Virus record (IMG/VR): IMGVR_UViG_3300020048_000080
Origin: a virus
Lineage: Duplodnaviria > Heunggongvirae > Uroviricota > Caudoviricetes
Length of the DNA stretch: 64,000 nt
Strand: one strand, 5' to 3'
Made by a program: the position numbers and the translations under genes. Below the pieces are notes generated by a model. That model saw only the letters and a program-made list of their open reading frames with translations, had not been told where the DNA came from and searched no databases. Below are positions 39,729 to 49,034 of this stretch, one piece after another (positions within the stretch are counted from its first letter, which is position 1; every line of letters starts with the position of its first letter).

Positions 39729-40146
39729 ATATGGTGATCAAAATTTTGGAAAACTGAAATCACCAAGTGTTGATGTTAAAAAAGAAAATCCATTTTTACA
39801 GCAATTAATAAGTGATATGTATGAAACTCTTGAACATAGTGAGAATGGTATTGGCTTAGCTGCACCACAAGTTGGTAGAAATTTAAACTTGTTTATTATA
39901 AACTTACCAAACTTTAAAGAAGTTTTTATAAATCCTGAAATAAAATTAGAAGGTCTCTCAATACAGTGTAGAGAAGGGTGTTTAAGTTTTCCGGGAATTG
40001 AAGTACCTGTTGATAGAAGACAAAAAGTAAAAGTTAAATACTATAACAGAGACTGGGTTCTTATCATGAGAGAATTTGATGAATTAGTATCAATAGCTAT
40101 ACAACACGAATATGACCATTTAAGAGGAAAATTAATTCTAGATTAA
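39709..40146 (+). CDS. def: peptide deformylase
   Basis: All three PDF motifs are present: 'GIGLAAPQVG', 'EGCLSFPG' and 'QHEYDHLRG'. Confidence 0.9.
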   Translation: MILNIIKYGDQNFGKLKSPSVDVKKENPFLQQLISDMYETLEHSENGIGLAAPQVGRNLNLFIINLPNFKEVFINPEIKLEGLSIQCREGCLSFPGIEVPVDRRQKVKVKYYNRDWVLIMREFDELVSIAIQHEYDHLRGKLILD

Positions 40147-40224
40147 TTTTTTTTTTATAAAAATAAAATCCTATCTTTGTAGAGTTAAAAAAATTAAACT
40201 TTTAAAAAAAATTAACTATATCTT

Positions 40225-40578
40225 ATATTAAAGTTCTTAAAAATATTGAGTGTGGCTGAATAAGGGATAGCCAGTCCCTAAAGCTCAGGTAGAATATCTG
40301 AAAAGGTAATCTCCCTGGTAGTACAAGATAACCACTATAAACCCGAAAAAGACATAGTTGCGCAACTATGATCCTCGTAAGGACAGAACAAATCGTTGAC
40401 ATACTATGCGATGGCTGTATTCTGTTGGAGGTAACCACTCCTCCCAGTTGTTAACAACTTATCTGATCAATTTGTTGGACTGTGGGTGAATAATAGAGAT
40501 TATTTCAAGGCTTGTGAGTACTCGCAATTCTCACCATCAAGTTTAAAGACCCTCCCATTCGTGGGAGGGTTTTTTTAT
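40225..40578 (+). ncRNA. candidate structured RNA: a GC-enriched roughly 350-nt element ending in an intrinsic terminator (gaccctccca-ttc-gtgggagggt followed by T7). Either the leader or riboswitch-like attenuator of the downstream gene, or a stand-alone sRNA
   Basis: GC content is markedly higher than flanking DNA, and several local hairpins are present (ggga...tccc, ggagg-taaccact-cctcc). The terminator ends 25 nt before the ATG at 40603. The only ORF here, 40223..40438 on the minus strand, is implausible. Confidence 0.3.
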
Positions 40579-40602
40579 TTTAAATAAATTAATATATAAC
40601 AT

Positions 40603-41460
40603 ATGAATAAAATTAAAAATTGGAGCAAATTTGTTTTTGAGCAAAATAATATAGATGTTTTAAAATATTTTATATTTGATATTGATGATAATTTATTGTT
40701 TATGGAAACACCATTACATTTTCAACATTTTGAAAATGGTAGATGGATAAATAAAGATATAACAACACAACAATTTGCAGAAATAAGAAAAAAATATCCA
40801 AATAATTACATGGATAATAGTGAATGGAAAGGTGATCCTAAATTTTCATTTATAGAATTTCAAGATTTTGGACCAAGAGGAACAAACGCTTTTCTAGAAG
40901 ATATTAAAAAGTCTATAAAAGATAAAAAATTTGGACCATCATGGGAAATATTTCTTAGTGCAATAAAAGAAGGAAGATTATTTGCAATCGTAACAACAAG
41001 AGGTCATGAACCTGCTACACTTCGTGCTGGTGTAAAATATATTATTGATAATGTTTTAACACCTGACGAAAAACTTAAAATGGAAGCAAAACTCACAAGC
41101 TTTAATCAAATATTTGGAATTGTTACAAATGATTTAATAACTCAATATTTGGGAAGTTGCTTCTTTATGGGATTAAATTCAAAAGCATTTAAAGATGAAT
41201 TCAACTATACACCACAAGGAGATAAGTTAAACCAAGGTAAACAAGATGCTATTAATAAATTTGTTAATTTTATAAAGGAATTTTCTAAAAGAATTGATAT
41301 GTCTGTAAAAATTGGATTCTCAGATGATGATAAAAATTTCTCAAACTCAGCAAAAGAATTATTTATGAATATGGAAAAATCTTTAGATTTTCCCGAAATA
41401 TTTTATGTATTTGATACATCAAATCCAAATATAAAAGGTGGAGTAAAAGTAAAAATATAA
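40603..41460 (+). CDS. HAD-like hydrolase (putative nucleotidase/phosphatase)
   Basis: 'IFDIDDNLLF' (motif I-like DxD), 'AIVTTRGHE' (motif II Thr), 'GFSDDDKN' (motif IV-like). Confidence 0.35.
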   Translation: MNKIKNWSKFVFEQNNIDVLKYFIFDIDDNLLFMETPLHFQHFENGRWINKDITTQQFAEIRKKYPNNYMDNSEWKGDPKFSFIEFQDFGPRGTNAFLEDIKKSIKDKKFGPSWEIFLSAIKEGRLFAIVTTRGHEPATLRAGVKYIIDNVLTPDEKLKMEAKLTSFNQIFGIVTNDLITQYLGSCFFMGLNSKAFKDEFNYTPQGDKLNQGKQDAINKFVNFIKEFSKRIDMSVKIGFSDDDKNFSNSAKELFMNMEKSLDFPEIFYVFDTSNPNIKGGVKVKI

Positions 41461-41461
41461 A

Positions 41462-41749
41462 ATGAAAAAATTTTTCAATGACTTTATAAACGAAAAAAAG
41501 GAAGTTTATAAATTTAAAAAAGGTGATTATGTAAAATACGACATAAATTACACTAATAATAACTATTCAGATAAAATCTTTATGATCGTCAATAGGCAAA
41601 AACTAAGAAAAAATCAAATAAATAATTCAACATATTGTATTTATACAATTGATGCTATTGACGGAAGTAAATCTGTAAGTTCTGTGTATGGATGGGAATT
41701 ACGAGAATTAACTGATTTTGAACTTGCCACATTAAAATATAATTTATGA
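41462..41749 (+). CDS. KYNL-family small protein (KGDYVKY, C-terminus TLKYNL)
   Basis: Family motifs. Confidence 0.45.
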   Translation: MKKFFNDFINEKKEVYKFKKGDYVKYDINYTNNNYSDKIFMIVNRQKLRKNQINNSTYCIYTIDAIDGSKSVSSVYGWELRELTDFELATLKYNL

Positions 41750-41750
41750 T

Positions 41751-41987
41751 ATGAATTGGTTCAAAAAAATTTTTGATTTTAGAAAAATAATTGATGAAGA
41801 TTTAGATAAAATATCTATTTGTGAACAATTAAAAAATGATTATGGAAATCCTGATATCTATGGTCCTTGGACAAAACCTGAGGATTGTGTTGATGAAAAT
41901 GGTAAAATAAAATTTTTTAAAAGTTATTGGCTTATAACGACAAATGATAAATCACCTGAAATAAAAAGCATAAAAAAAGAGAACTGA
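41751..41987 (+). CDS. hypothetical small protein
   Basis: ORF; ATGA-type overlap with the previous gene (KYNL then ATG). Confidence 0.3.
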   Translation: MNWFKKIFDFRKIIDEDLDKISICEQLKNDYGNPDIYGPWTKPEDCVDENGKIKFFKSYWLITTNDKSPEIKSIKKEN

Positions 41988-42006
41988 AAAGTTCTCTTTT
42001 TTTATT
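41970..42006. terminator. bidirectional intrinsic terminator (agagaac-tgaaaa-gttctct)
   Basis: Hairpin flanked by A8 and T7, between convergent genes. Confidence 0.55.
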
Positions 42007-42017
42007 TAAACAAATTT

Positions 42018-42452
42018 TTATATTTTGTCAAAACGATATTGAGTTTCTTGCTGTGAATACATGTATGGATATATTGTACATGTAAATAAAAAATTGCCAA
42101 ATTTATCATAATAAGTGTACATAAAAGTAACATCATAGTCTCTTAAAATTGACATACTTTCTGTATTTTTTACAGAACTTGAAAGAGAGTTTAACATATA
42201 TGATTTCATAGTTTCAAGCATTTGAGGACTATAATCACTTTTAGATTTTAGTAAAGTATATCTGTACTCAATAGTTTTAGGTTCATATACATTAACCATA
42301 TCCAATCTGGTTATCTCGTCAACCATAGTTGGACAATTTGCATTAACAGAAACCGAAGCTTCCTTTAGAAAAGAATAAATTTCCGAAGTACTTTGCGAAT
42401 ATGAAAATATACTAGCAAACACGAAAGTAATAATAAAAAAGAGTTTTTTCAT
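42018..42452 (-). CDS. secreted protein (signal peptide MKKLFFIITFVFASIFSYSQ)
   Basis: Bacteroidetes-style signal peptide. Confidence 0.4.
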   Translation of the reverse strand: MKKLFFIITFVFASIFSYSQSTSEIYSFLKEASVSVNANCPTMVDEITRLDMVNVYEPKTIEYRYTLLKSKSDYSPQMLETMKSYMLNSLSSSVKNTESMSILRDYDVTFMYTYYDKFGNFLFTCTIYPYMYSQQETQYRFDKI

Positions 42453-42567
42453 AAGTTTATTTTTTTGAATTTTTTTAAATATTTTAGTTATAAGTAATAT
42501 AATTTTTATTTTAAAATGTTTTAATAAACTTAGTTTTTTATTAATTATATATTAAAATAAAAAAATT

Positions 42568-43011
42568 ATGAAAAAATTATTTTTAAGTTTTATTATTTTA
42601 TTTTGTATCACCTTGAGTGCTATTTCTCAAAGTTTTATTGGTCAATCATCTACTTCTATTAAGAATAGTGTTTTAAAAGAGTATAGTAGTGGAATCTCAA
42701 ATGTAAGTGATGAAAGTAATATTTTAACTATTTCTTTCCAAGATGGGCATTCTGCTTTGTATTTTACAAATTCAAATGATTTATGTAAATATTATACTTT
42801 ATGCTATCCTATAGCTAATTATAATACAATGAGAAACATGTTACAAACTAATTTTACTAAAGTATATAATTACGAAAAATGGTATTATAAAGATGGTGAA
42901 TACTATATTTACTATAAAATAGTGATAGATAAAAGTGGTACAGTATTTTGGATATTTGTATATCCTGATTTTTATGAAAGTGAAATTGATCAGATAATAA
43001 ACTCTTTATGA
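42568..43011 (+). CDS. secreted protein (signal peptide MKKLFLSFIILFCITLSAISQ)
   Basis: Signal peptide; divergently transcribed from the previous gene. Confidence 0.4.
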   Translation: MKKLFLSFIILFCITLSAISQSFIGQSSTSIKNSVLKEYSSGISNVSDESNILTISFQDGHSALYFTNSNDLCKYYTLCYPIANYNTMRNMLQTNFTKVYNYEKWYYKDGEYYIYYKIVIDKSGTVFWIFVYPDFYESEIDQIINSL

Positions 43012-43076
43012 ATTAAGGATAAGGAAGAGTATAAGGAATATGATAAAGAAAATGATAAGTTAATTAAAACTTGAAA

Positions 43077-43433
43077 TTATAAATTATATTTTTCAGCATT
43101 TATAAGTGTTTCTAATTCTCCCTTATTATCTGACCAATATTTGAAATTTTGTGTTGTGTAGTCCGATGTATTGTTTCTTCTAAAATAATTAGTTTTTGAA
43201 AAAGATAAAATTTCTGGTATATTTTCAAATTTAACAATGTATATCTGACCACTAGGAGTTTTTAAACCATTATGTTGGTCTTTTATATCTACTATTTCTC
43301 CTATATTTTCACTAACAAATCTATTATACACATCCAATGCTTGACTATCTCCTCTAGCGTTATATATTATCACATAATCACCAAGATTAGGTTGTGTACT
43401 GACTGTTTCAAATATTTTAAATCTTGTTATCAT
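43077..43433 (-). CDS. KYNL-family protein (MITRFKIFETV, LGDYVII, KYWSDNKGEL, C-terminus AEKYNL)
   Basis: The track ORF extends to 43484, but the family alignment favours a start at Met 43433. Confidence 0.45.
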   Translation of the reverse strand: MITRFKIFETVSTQPNLGDYVIIYNARGDSQALDVYNRFVSENIGEIVDIKDQHNGLKTPSGQIYIVKFENIPEILSFSKTNYFRRNNTSDYTTQNFKYWSDNKGELETLINAEKYNL

Positions 43434-43511
43434 CATCTTATATATAAAATTGAAAAATATTTTTTTATATGATAACTTTTTCATACTTTTGTACTACCAA
43501 ATATAAAAACT

Positions 43512-45539
43512 ATGACCTTATCAGAAACTTATATCCTATTACATAACGGTGATTTTATCGCTGTTGCAAACGAAATTAAAAGATTAAATAAAAAATATCG
43601 TGATGGTGATCCCGAAATAACAGATTCCGAATACGACCTTTTACTTAAAACATTTAAATCTGTTGATCCGGAGAATGAAATTTTTACATCAGGTGTTATT
43701 GAAGTTGTTGAGGTTGATTCTGATAGAAAAGAAACTTTAAAATATCCAATGTTTTCTTTAGATAAAGAAAGTTCTATTGAAGAAATCAAGAAATGGTTAA
43801 TCAATAAAGGCTTACCTCTCTCTACTGTTTTAGTATGTACCGCAAAATATGACGGTATCTCAGTTTTAAAAAACGAAAAAACTGCTCTTGTTTGGTCAAG
43901 AGGTGATGGTGTTGAAGGTGAAACAATGCACGAACACTATAAAAAATTAAATGCGAAAAACTCCAATATTGAAATTTATACAATTGGAGAAATGATTATT
44001 CCTAAACCAGTTTTTGCAACACATACATTCTATCGTGATAATGGTGAAGCATTTAGAAATGCTAGAAATATGATTGCTGGTCTTAAAAATTCAGATACAG
44101 TTTCAGATGATTTGAAATATGCAAAACACGTTCGTTATGGATTTGCTAGTGAGGATTTTACAATGAATAAATCTGAACAACTTGATTTTATCTCAAAAGA
44201 ATTGAATCCTGTTCCTTATAAAATATTCCATGCTGATGATTTGAAAGTTGATGAGTTAAATGAACTTTTTATTGAATGGGGTAAAGAATATGACATTGAC
44301 GGTCTTGTGTTAGATATTAATGATAAAGATATAAGAAAAAATTTAGGTCGTGAAAGAAATAATAATCCTTGTTACGCAAGAGCATACAAAAATCCCGAAT
44401 GGTCAGTAATAAATACACCTGCATACAAAGATATAGAATGGAATCTAAGTAAAACTAAGGCTTTAAAACCTGTTGTTCTTGTAGAACCATTTGATGTTGA
44501 TGGTGTTACGATATCAAGGGTAACAGGATATAATGCTAAATTTATCCAAGAAAATCAAATTGGTGAAGGCTCTATTTTAGAAGTTATTCGTTCTGGTGGA
44601 GTTATTCCAAAAATTACTGGAGTTATAAAAGTTGGTAAACTTGCTCTTCCAACCCATTGTCCTAGTTGTAATACAAAATTAGAATGGAATGAAAACGCAG
44701 TAGATTTGGTTTGTAATAACAAAGGTTGTGATGAAATTAATTTTCAAAAAGTTGCATTCTTTTTTGTTCGTTTTAATATTGTAGGATTTGCAGAAAAAAC
44801 TATTAAAAAAGTATATGATGCTGGTTATAATACAGTTGGTAAAATTTTATCAATGAGTTTTATTGATATTCAAAAAATTGAAGGTATGGGAAATCTCTCA
44901 GCAACAAAACTTTTGAAAGAATTTGATGAAAAAATTAAACAAGCACCTTTTGAGGTTATTGGACACGCATCAGGTTGCTTTGAAAATATTGGTTCAAGAA
45001 AACTGAAGATGATTAATGATGGAATTAAAGATATGGTTTATGCACCAGGTAAATCTTATCCTCATTTTGATACATTTAAAGATTCCATTGTAAAAATGGA
45101 CTTGGAATTAATTTCAACAATGTTATATTTTAATGATGTTTATAAAGAAATTTTATCAGTATTGAATTCTATAAAAGGTATGTCAGATAAAACTTCTGAA
45201 AACTTTTTAAATGGTCTTATCTGTTTTAATTCTTTTATGAAGGATTTGAACATTACAATTAGTGATGAACCGAAAGTGAAAAAAGAAACTCCAAAAAATA
45301 ATACTAACAATATGAAAACTACTGATTTAAAAGGTCGTGAATTTGTGTTCACAGGCTTCCGTGATGCTGAACTTAAAAGTTTCATTGAAAGTTGTGGTGG
45401 CGTTGTTAAAGATGATATTAGAAAAAGTACAACAGATTTACTTACAAAAAGTCCTGATACTACCTCAGCAAAAGCAAAAAAAGCACAAGCAATAGGTGCA
45501 ACTGTAACACAGGTTGATGATTTTAAACTTTCATTATGA
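43512..45539 (+). CDS. ligA: NAD+-dependent DNA ligase
   Basis: Adenylation motif 'CTAKYDGISV' (KxDG); Zn finger 'CPSCNTKLEWNENAVDLVCNNKGC'; HhH region; C-terminal BRCT 'GREFVFTGF'. Length 675 aa. Confidence 0.85.
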   Translation: MTLSETYILLHNGDFIAVANEIKRLNKKYRDGDPEITDSEYDLLLKTFKSVDPENEIFTSGVIEVVEVDSDRKETLKYPMFSLDKESSIEEIKKWLINKGLPLSTVLVCTAKYDGISVLKNEKTALVWSRGDGVEGETMHEHYKKLNAKNSNIEIYTIGEMIIPKPVFATHTFYRDNGEAFRNARNMIAGLKNSDTVSDDLKYAKHVRYGFASEDFTMNKSEQLDFISKELNPVPYKIFHADDLKVDELNELFIEWGKEYDIDGLVLDINDKDIRKNLGRERNNNPCYARAYKNPEWSVINTPAYKDIEWNLSKTKALKPVVLVEPFDVDGVTISRVTGYNAKFIQENQIGEGSILEVIRSGGVIPKITGVIKVGKLALPTHCPSCNTKLEWNENAVDLVCNNKGCDEINFQKVAFFFVRFNIVGFAEKTIKKVYDAGYNTVGKILSMSFIDIQKIEGMGNLSATKLLKEFDEKIKQAPFEVIGHASGCFENIGSRKLKMINDGIKDMVYAPGKSYPHFDTFKDSIVKMDLELISTMLYFNDVYKEILSVLNSIKGMSDKTSENFLNGLICFNSFMKDLNITISDEPKVKKETPKNNTNNMKTTDLKGREFVFTGFRDAELKSFIESCGGVVKDDIRKSTTDLLTKSPDTTSAKAKKAQAIGATVTQVDDFKLSL

Positions 45540-46189
45540 GAACATCTGAAATAATAGATATTATAAAAAATTGTAAACATTTTTTACCATTAATAATGGA
45601 AATCAATGAGAATTGGTTTTCGTATAAAATTGGAAAGAAAAAATATAATTTAGAAATAACTGACGATTGGAAATATTTTGTTTTTGATTCAGGATTATTT
45701 AAGCATAATATTAAAAATATTAGGGTTTCTATATCTAAAAAATACGCAACAGAAAAAAGTGTTTTATCAAAATTTAGAGAAGTTTTAAGAAGAATAAATA
45801 AATTTCATCAAATTATTTGTAATAAAGAAGAACATATAAAAAAAATTGAACCAATAATAAAATCATACATAAAAACTAATTATTTTATTGAAACTGATCT
45901 TAATCTTAATGTGAATTTTCCGAAAAGTCATTATTTAGTAAACGGAAGGTATAGAACTACTGCATTTGACACAAATAAGGAAAATCCTGAAAATGTTAAA
46001 TATTCTATCTTTATAGTAGTTACAGAAAATAAAGATGATTATCATTTTCAATTTCAGTTTAATGTAAAACAAAAAAAATTGATTCTTCTAAAAAAACTCG
46101 TCAATTATTATATCGCAAAAGATGTAACCAAAATAATAAGAAGTGAAAAATTAAAAAATTTAATGTTAACAAATGAAGAAGATAACTGA
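45536..46189 (+). CDS. hypothetical protein
   Basis: ORF; ATGA overlap with ligA. Confidence 0.3.
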   Translation: MRTSEIIDIIKNCKHFLPLIMEINENWFSYKIGKKKYNLEITDDWKYFVFDSGLFKHNIKNIRVSISKKYATEKSVLSKFREVLRRINKFHQIICNKEEHIKKIEPIIKSYIKTNYFIETDLNLNVNFPKSHYLVNGRYRTTAFDTNKENPENVKYSIFIVVTENKDDYHFQFQFNVKQKKLILLKKLVNYYIAKDVTKIIRSEKLKNLMLTNEEDN

Positions 46190-46712
46190 AATAGATGTTA
46201 AAAACAAACTTATAAAATATCTTTCTAGTAAAGGTATTGAAATTTCTATTTCTGAAACAGGAGTATTGTATTGGTATTATAAACCATTTTATTCAAAATA
46301 TCTTATTAAACTTCATTTTGAAGAAAAGTATGGAAAATATCTTATAACATATTCTGTTAATGAATACATGAAAGGTATTAATAGAAGAAAAACTACTGTT
46401 AATAGTGGATTTTGTACTAAAGTTTTTAATAACTTAATTCATTTTAAAGAAGAATTAGATAAACTTGCTGAAATTGAAAGAGAAACAATAGACACAAAAA
46501 CAAAATATTGTACTGAACTTGAAAGTTATTATAAAAGAACATATGAAAGAGTAGAGATATCCACTAGAATACAGAAAGCACGTATAGATATTGGTATAAA
46601 CTGTTATGATGGTTTTAAACATAAAGCTTCTTATTCAATTTACTATGATAGAAATAAATATTATCTTATGCAAAAAACAGAACATGTTTGTGAAGTTTTC
46701 AACGTAGAATAA
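46173..46712 (+). CDS. hypothetical protein
   Basis: ORF only. Confidence 0.3.
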   Translation: MKKITEIDVKNKLIKYLSSKGIEISISETGVLYWYYKPFYSKYLIKLHFEEKYGKYLITYSVNEYMKGINRRKTTVNSGFCTKVFNNLIHFKEELDKLAEIERETIDTKTKYCTELESYYKRTYERVEISTRIQKARIDIGINCYDGFKHKASYSIYYDRNKYYLMQKTEHVCEVFNVE

Positions 46713-46748
46713 ATTTTTTTAGTGAAATAAAAATTATACTTTTGTAAA

Positions 46749-47252
46749 ATGAAGTCAAAAATACCAGAAATAAGAAATATTTGGAGAAAAATTCTAAATC
46801 GTAAATTAAAAAAAGGATTTACGTTATATTTAGCAGCATTGGATTTTGAAGAATTTGATGCTATATTTTCTTATTACTCAACTGTTATGTATAGATTAAG
46901 AAAAACTTATGATAAAAAATATAGATTTTTAAGTAAAAATTGGTTTAAGAAAAAAATCATAAACTATAAATACAATCAGATTTTTAATCTTTTTGCTATT
47001 GCAAATTTAGGGTTTATTGATAAATCAAATGAACTTCTTAAACAAAGAAATATAAAACTAAATAATATAATTAGGGATATTCAAGAATCAAAAGAAATAA
47101 TTGAACATATTTCAAAAAATCCTGTTATTATAAATATGTACTCTACTCAAGAAGATATTTTGAAATTTTATTTTACACTTATTTCCAATGCATATAACGC
47201 AAATAAATTGGTAGAATCAATAAACGAATTAAATAGCTTGAAAAATGAGTAA
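46749..47252 (+). CDS. hypothetical protein
   Basis: ORF only. Confidence 0.3.
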   Translation: MKSKIPEIRNIWRKILNRKLKKGFTLYLAALDFEEFDAIFSYYSTVMYRLRKTYDKKYRFLSKNWFKKKIINYKYNQIFNLFAIANLGFIDKSNELLKQRNIKLNNIIRDIQESKEIIEHISKNPVIINMYSTQEDILKFYFTLISNAYNANKLVESINELNSLKNE

Positions 47253-47535
47253 AAATCTATCAATGCAAAAAAATGAACTAACATACAAAGACTTTAAAAT
47301 AGGTCAAAAAATTGTTTGTGTTCAAGTTGATGATTTTGTTGAGGATCAACATCTTACTATAGGAAAAACATATAAAATAGAAGATTTGGATTTTCATTTT
47401 CCAAATTCTATTTGTGTTAGAAGTGATAATAAAAGGGTAAGTATGTTTTTTAATATTGCATATTTTAGTAATGTTAAAACACTTAGAAAATTGAAATTAC
47501 AAAAAATTCAAAAAAATGCAGAGTCAGGTATATAA
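47245..47535 (+). CDS. hypothetical protein
   Basis: ORF only. Confidence 0.3.
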   Translation: MSKNLSMQKNELTYKDFKIGQKIVCVQVDDFVEDQHLTIGKTYKIEDLDFHFPNSICVRSDNKRVSMFFNIAYFSNVKTLRKLKLQKIQKNAESGI

Positions 47536-47902
47536 AATACCACCATTTATTAATAACTCTTTTGAGGACACTCTAAAAGAATTTGTAGAATATATTAGAC
47601 AAGAATATAAAGTTCAAAAAATTATATTTACTGAATCTAAAATATCACCAGATAAATGTGAAGTTGGTGGTTGGTCATCACAACATGTGATATTCAAAAA
47701 ACCTGAATATATTTTTGTTTCTTTAGTATTTATGAGCAAAGATGGTTGGACTAATAGAGGTGGATATGAGGTTTGTACTTGTAAACTATATGATAAATCT
47801 AATATTTTTATTAGATGGAGCACATCAGGAAAAGCAGATAAAGAATTAAACATAAAATTTATAAGAAAAATAAAATTAAAAAACTTAGAGAATCTAATAT
47901 AA
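47516..47902 (+). CDS. hypothetical protein
   Basis: ORF only. Confidence 0.3.
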   Translation: MQSQVYKIPPFINNSFEDTLKEFVEYIRQEYKVQKIIFTESKISPDKCEVGGWSSQHVIFKKPEYIFVSLVFMSKDGWTNRGGYEVCTCKLYDKSNIFIRWSTSGKADKELNIKFIRKIKLKNLENLI

Positions 47903-48213
47903 TGGCGGCACACATTTTTGATATTGATGGAACAATAGTTAATTTTCATAATAATGAATGGATTGATGGCGCTAAAGAATTAATTATTCAATTATATAAT
48001 GAAGGACACAACATAATCTTTGTTACTATGCGAGGTCCTCAAGATGATGGTACAATATGGAGTATTGAAAACACTAAAAAAACAATACTAAAGGACTTGG
48101 ATGAACTTAATATAAAATATACTGTGATTTTTGGGGTACAATCACCAAGAATAATTCACGATGATTCACCAGTTTATGTTGATAAAAGACAAATGAATCA
48201 AAAATATATTTAA
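47902..48213 (+). CDS. small HAD-like phosphatase domain protein
   Basis: N-terminal 'HIFDIDGTIV' DxDGT motif; 'IFVTMRG'. Confidence 0.35.
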   Translation: MAAHIFDIDGTIVNFHNNEWIDGAKELIIQLYNEGHNIIFVTMRGPQDDGTIWSIENTKKTILKDLDELNIKYTVIFGVQSPRIIHDDSPVYVDKRQMNQKYI

Positions 48214-48262
48214 CAAACTTAATAACAATAAATTAATATATAACAAAAACAAATTAAACAAG

Positions 48263-48946
48263 ATGGAAACACTAGTGATTGAAATTAGAGCATCCGAGGG
48301 TGGCAACGACTCCAAATTGTTAGTAAATGATTTAACTAACATTTACACAAAATCTTGCCGAAATAATAACTTCTCCTACAAAGTAGAAGAACGTGATGGT
48401 GTTGCAAATATTTGAATATCAGGTAAAAAAATCTTCTCCTATTTTAGCAATGAAAGCGGATCGCACTGTTTTGTGAGGGTTCCTCCCACAGAAAAAAATA
48501 ATAGGGTACAAACAAGTTTCGTAACAGTAGCAATTATGAACACAGAAAAAGAATCTGAGTTCAAATTGGATAGAAATACGGTATTGAAAAGTTATATCAG
48601 ATCCAGTAAAAAAGCGGGTGGTCAAAATTTAAACAAGGTATCCTCATGTGTTCAATTGACACATATTCCAACAGGAATTCAAGTTAAGATTCAAGATACA
48701 AGAGACCAATGTAAAAATGAGGTTATTGCTTGGAAAACATTAACAGAAAAATTAAAATCTATTGAAGATAAGAAAAATTACGAGATAACTAAAAATTATC
48801 GTAATGATCAGATAGGAAATGGAAGTAGAGGTGGAACAAAAAGACGAACTTATAGAATATTAGAAGATTTGGTAATAGATCATATTACAGGTAAAACTTG
48901 TAGATGGAAAGATATACTAAAAGGTAAAATTGATTTACTTTGCTAA
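48263..48946 (+). CDS. PrfH-like class-I release factor homolog (RF1-type, domains 2 to 4 only) interrupted by one in-frame TGA at 48413..48415
   Basis: 50 codons 'METLVIEIRASEGGNDSKLLVNDL...GVANI', then TGA, then in the same frame 'ISGKKIFSYFSNESGSHCFVRVPPTEKNNRVQTSFVTVAIM...SSKKAGGQNLNKVSSCVQLTHIPTGIQVKIQDTRDQCKN...'. It is collinear with RF1 'LEVRAGTGGDEA...IIAKISGDGVYG...[25 protein letters not shown]...[38 protein letters not shown]'. The GGQ motif and a PxT-type tripeptide (PPT) are present. The N-terminal domain 1 is absent, as in PrfH. Confidence 0.6.
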
Positions 48947-49034
48947 TTTTTCCTTGAAAAATTTTTCAATATTTATTATAGTCAAAAAGTAAATAAAGTA
49001 TCATTTTTTCATAATTTTTTATATAAGAATTTTA

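Noticed and set aside
40223-40438. 71-aa ORF on the minus strand inside the GC-rich region after def
   Set aside because: Its composition is atypical for this genome's coding regions, and it lies inside a region better explained as structured RNA ending in a terminator. No start context is visible.
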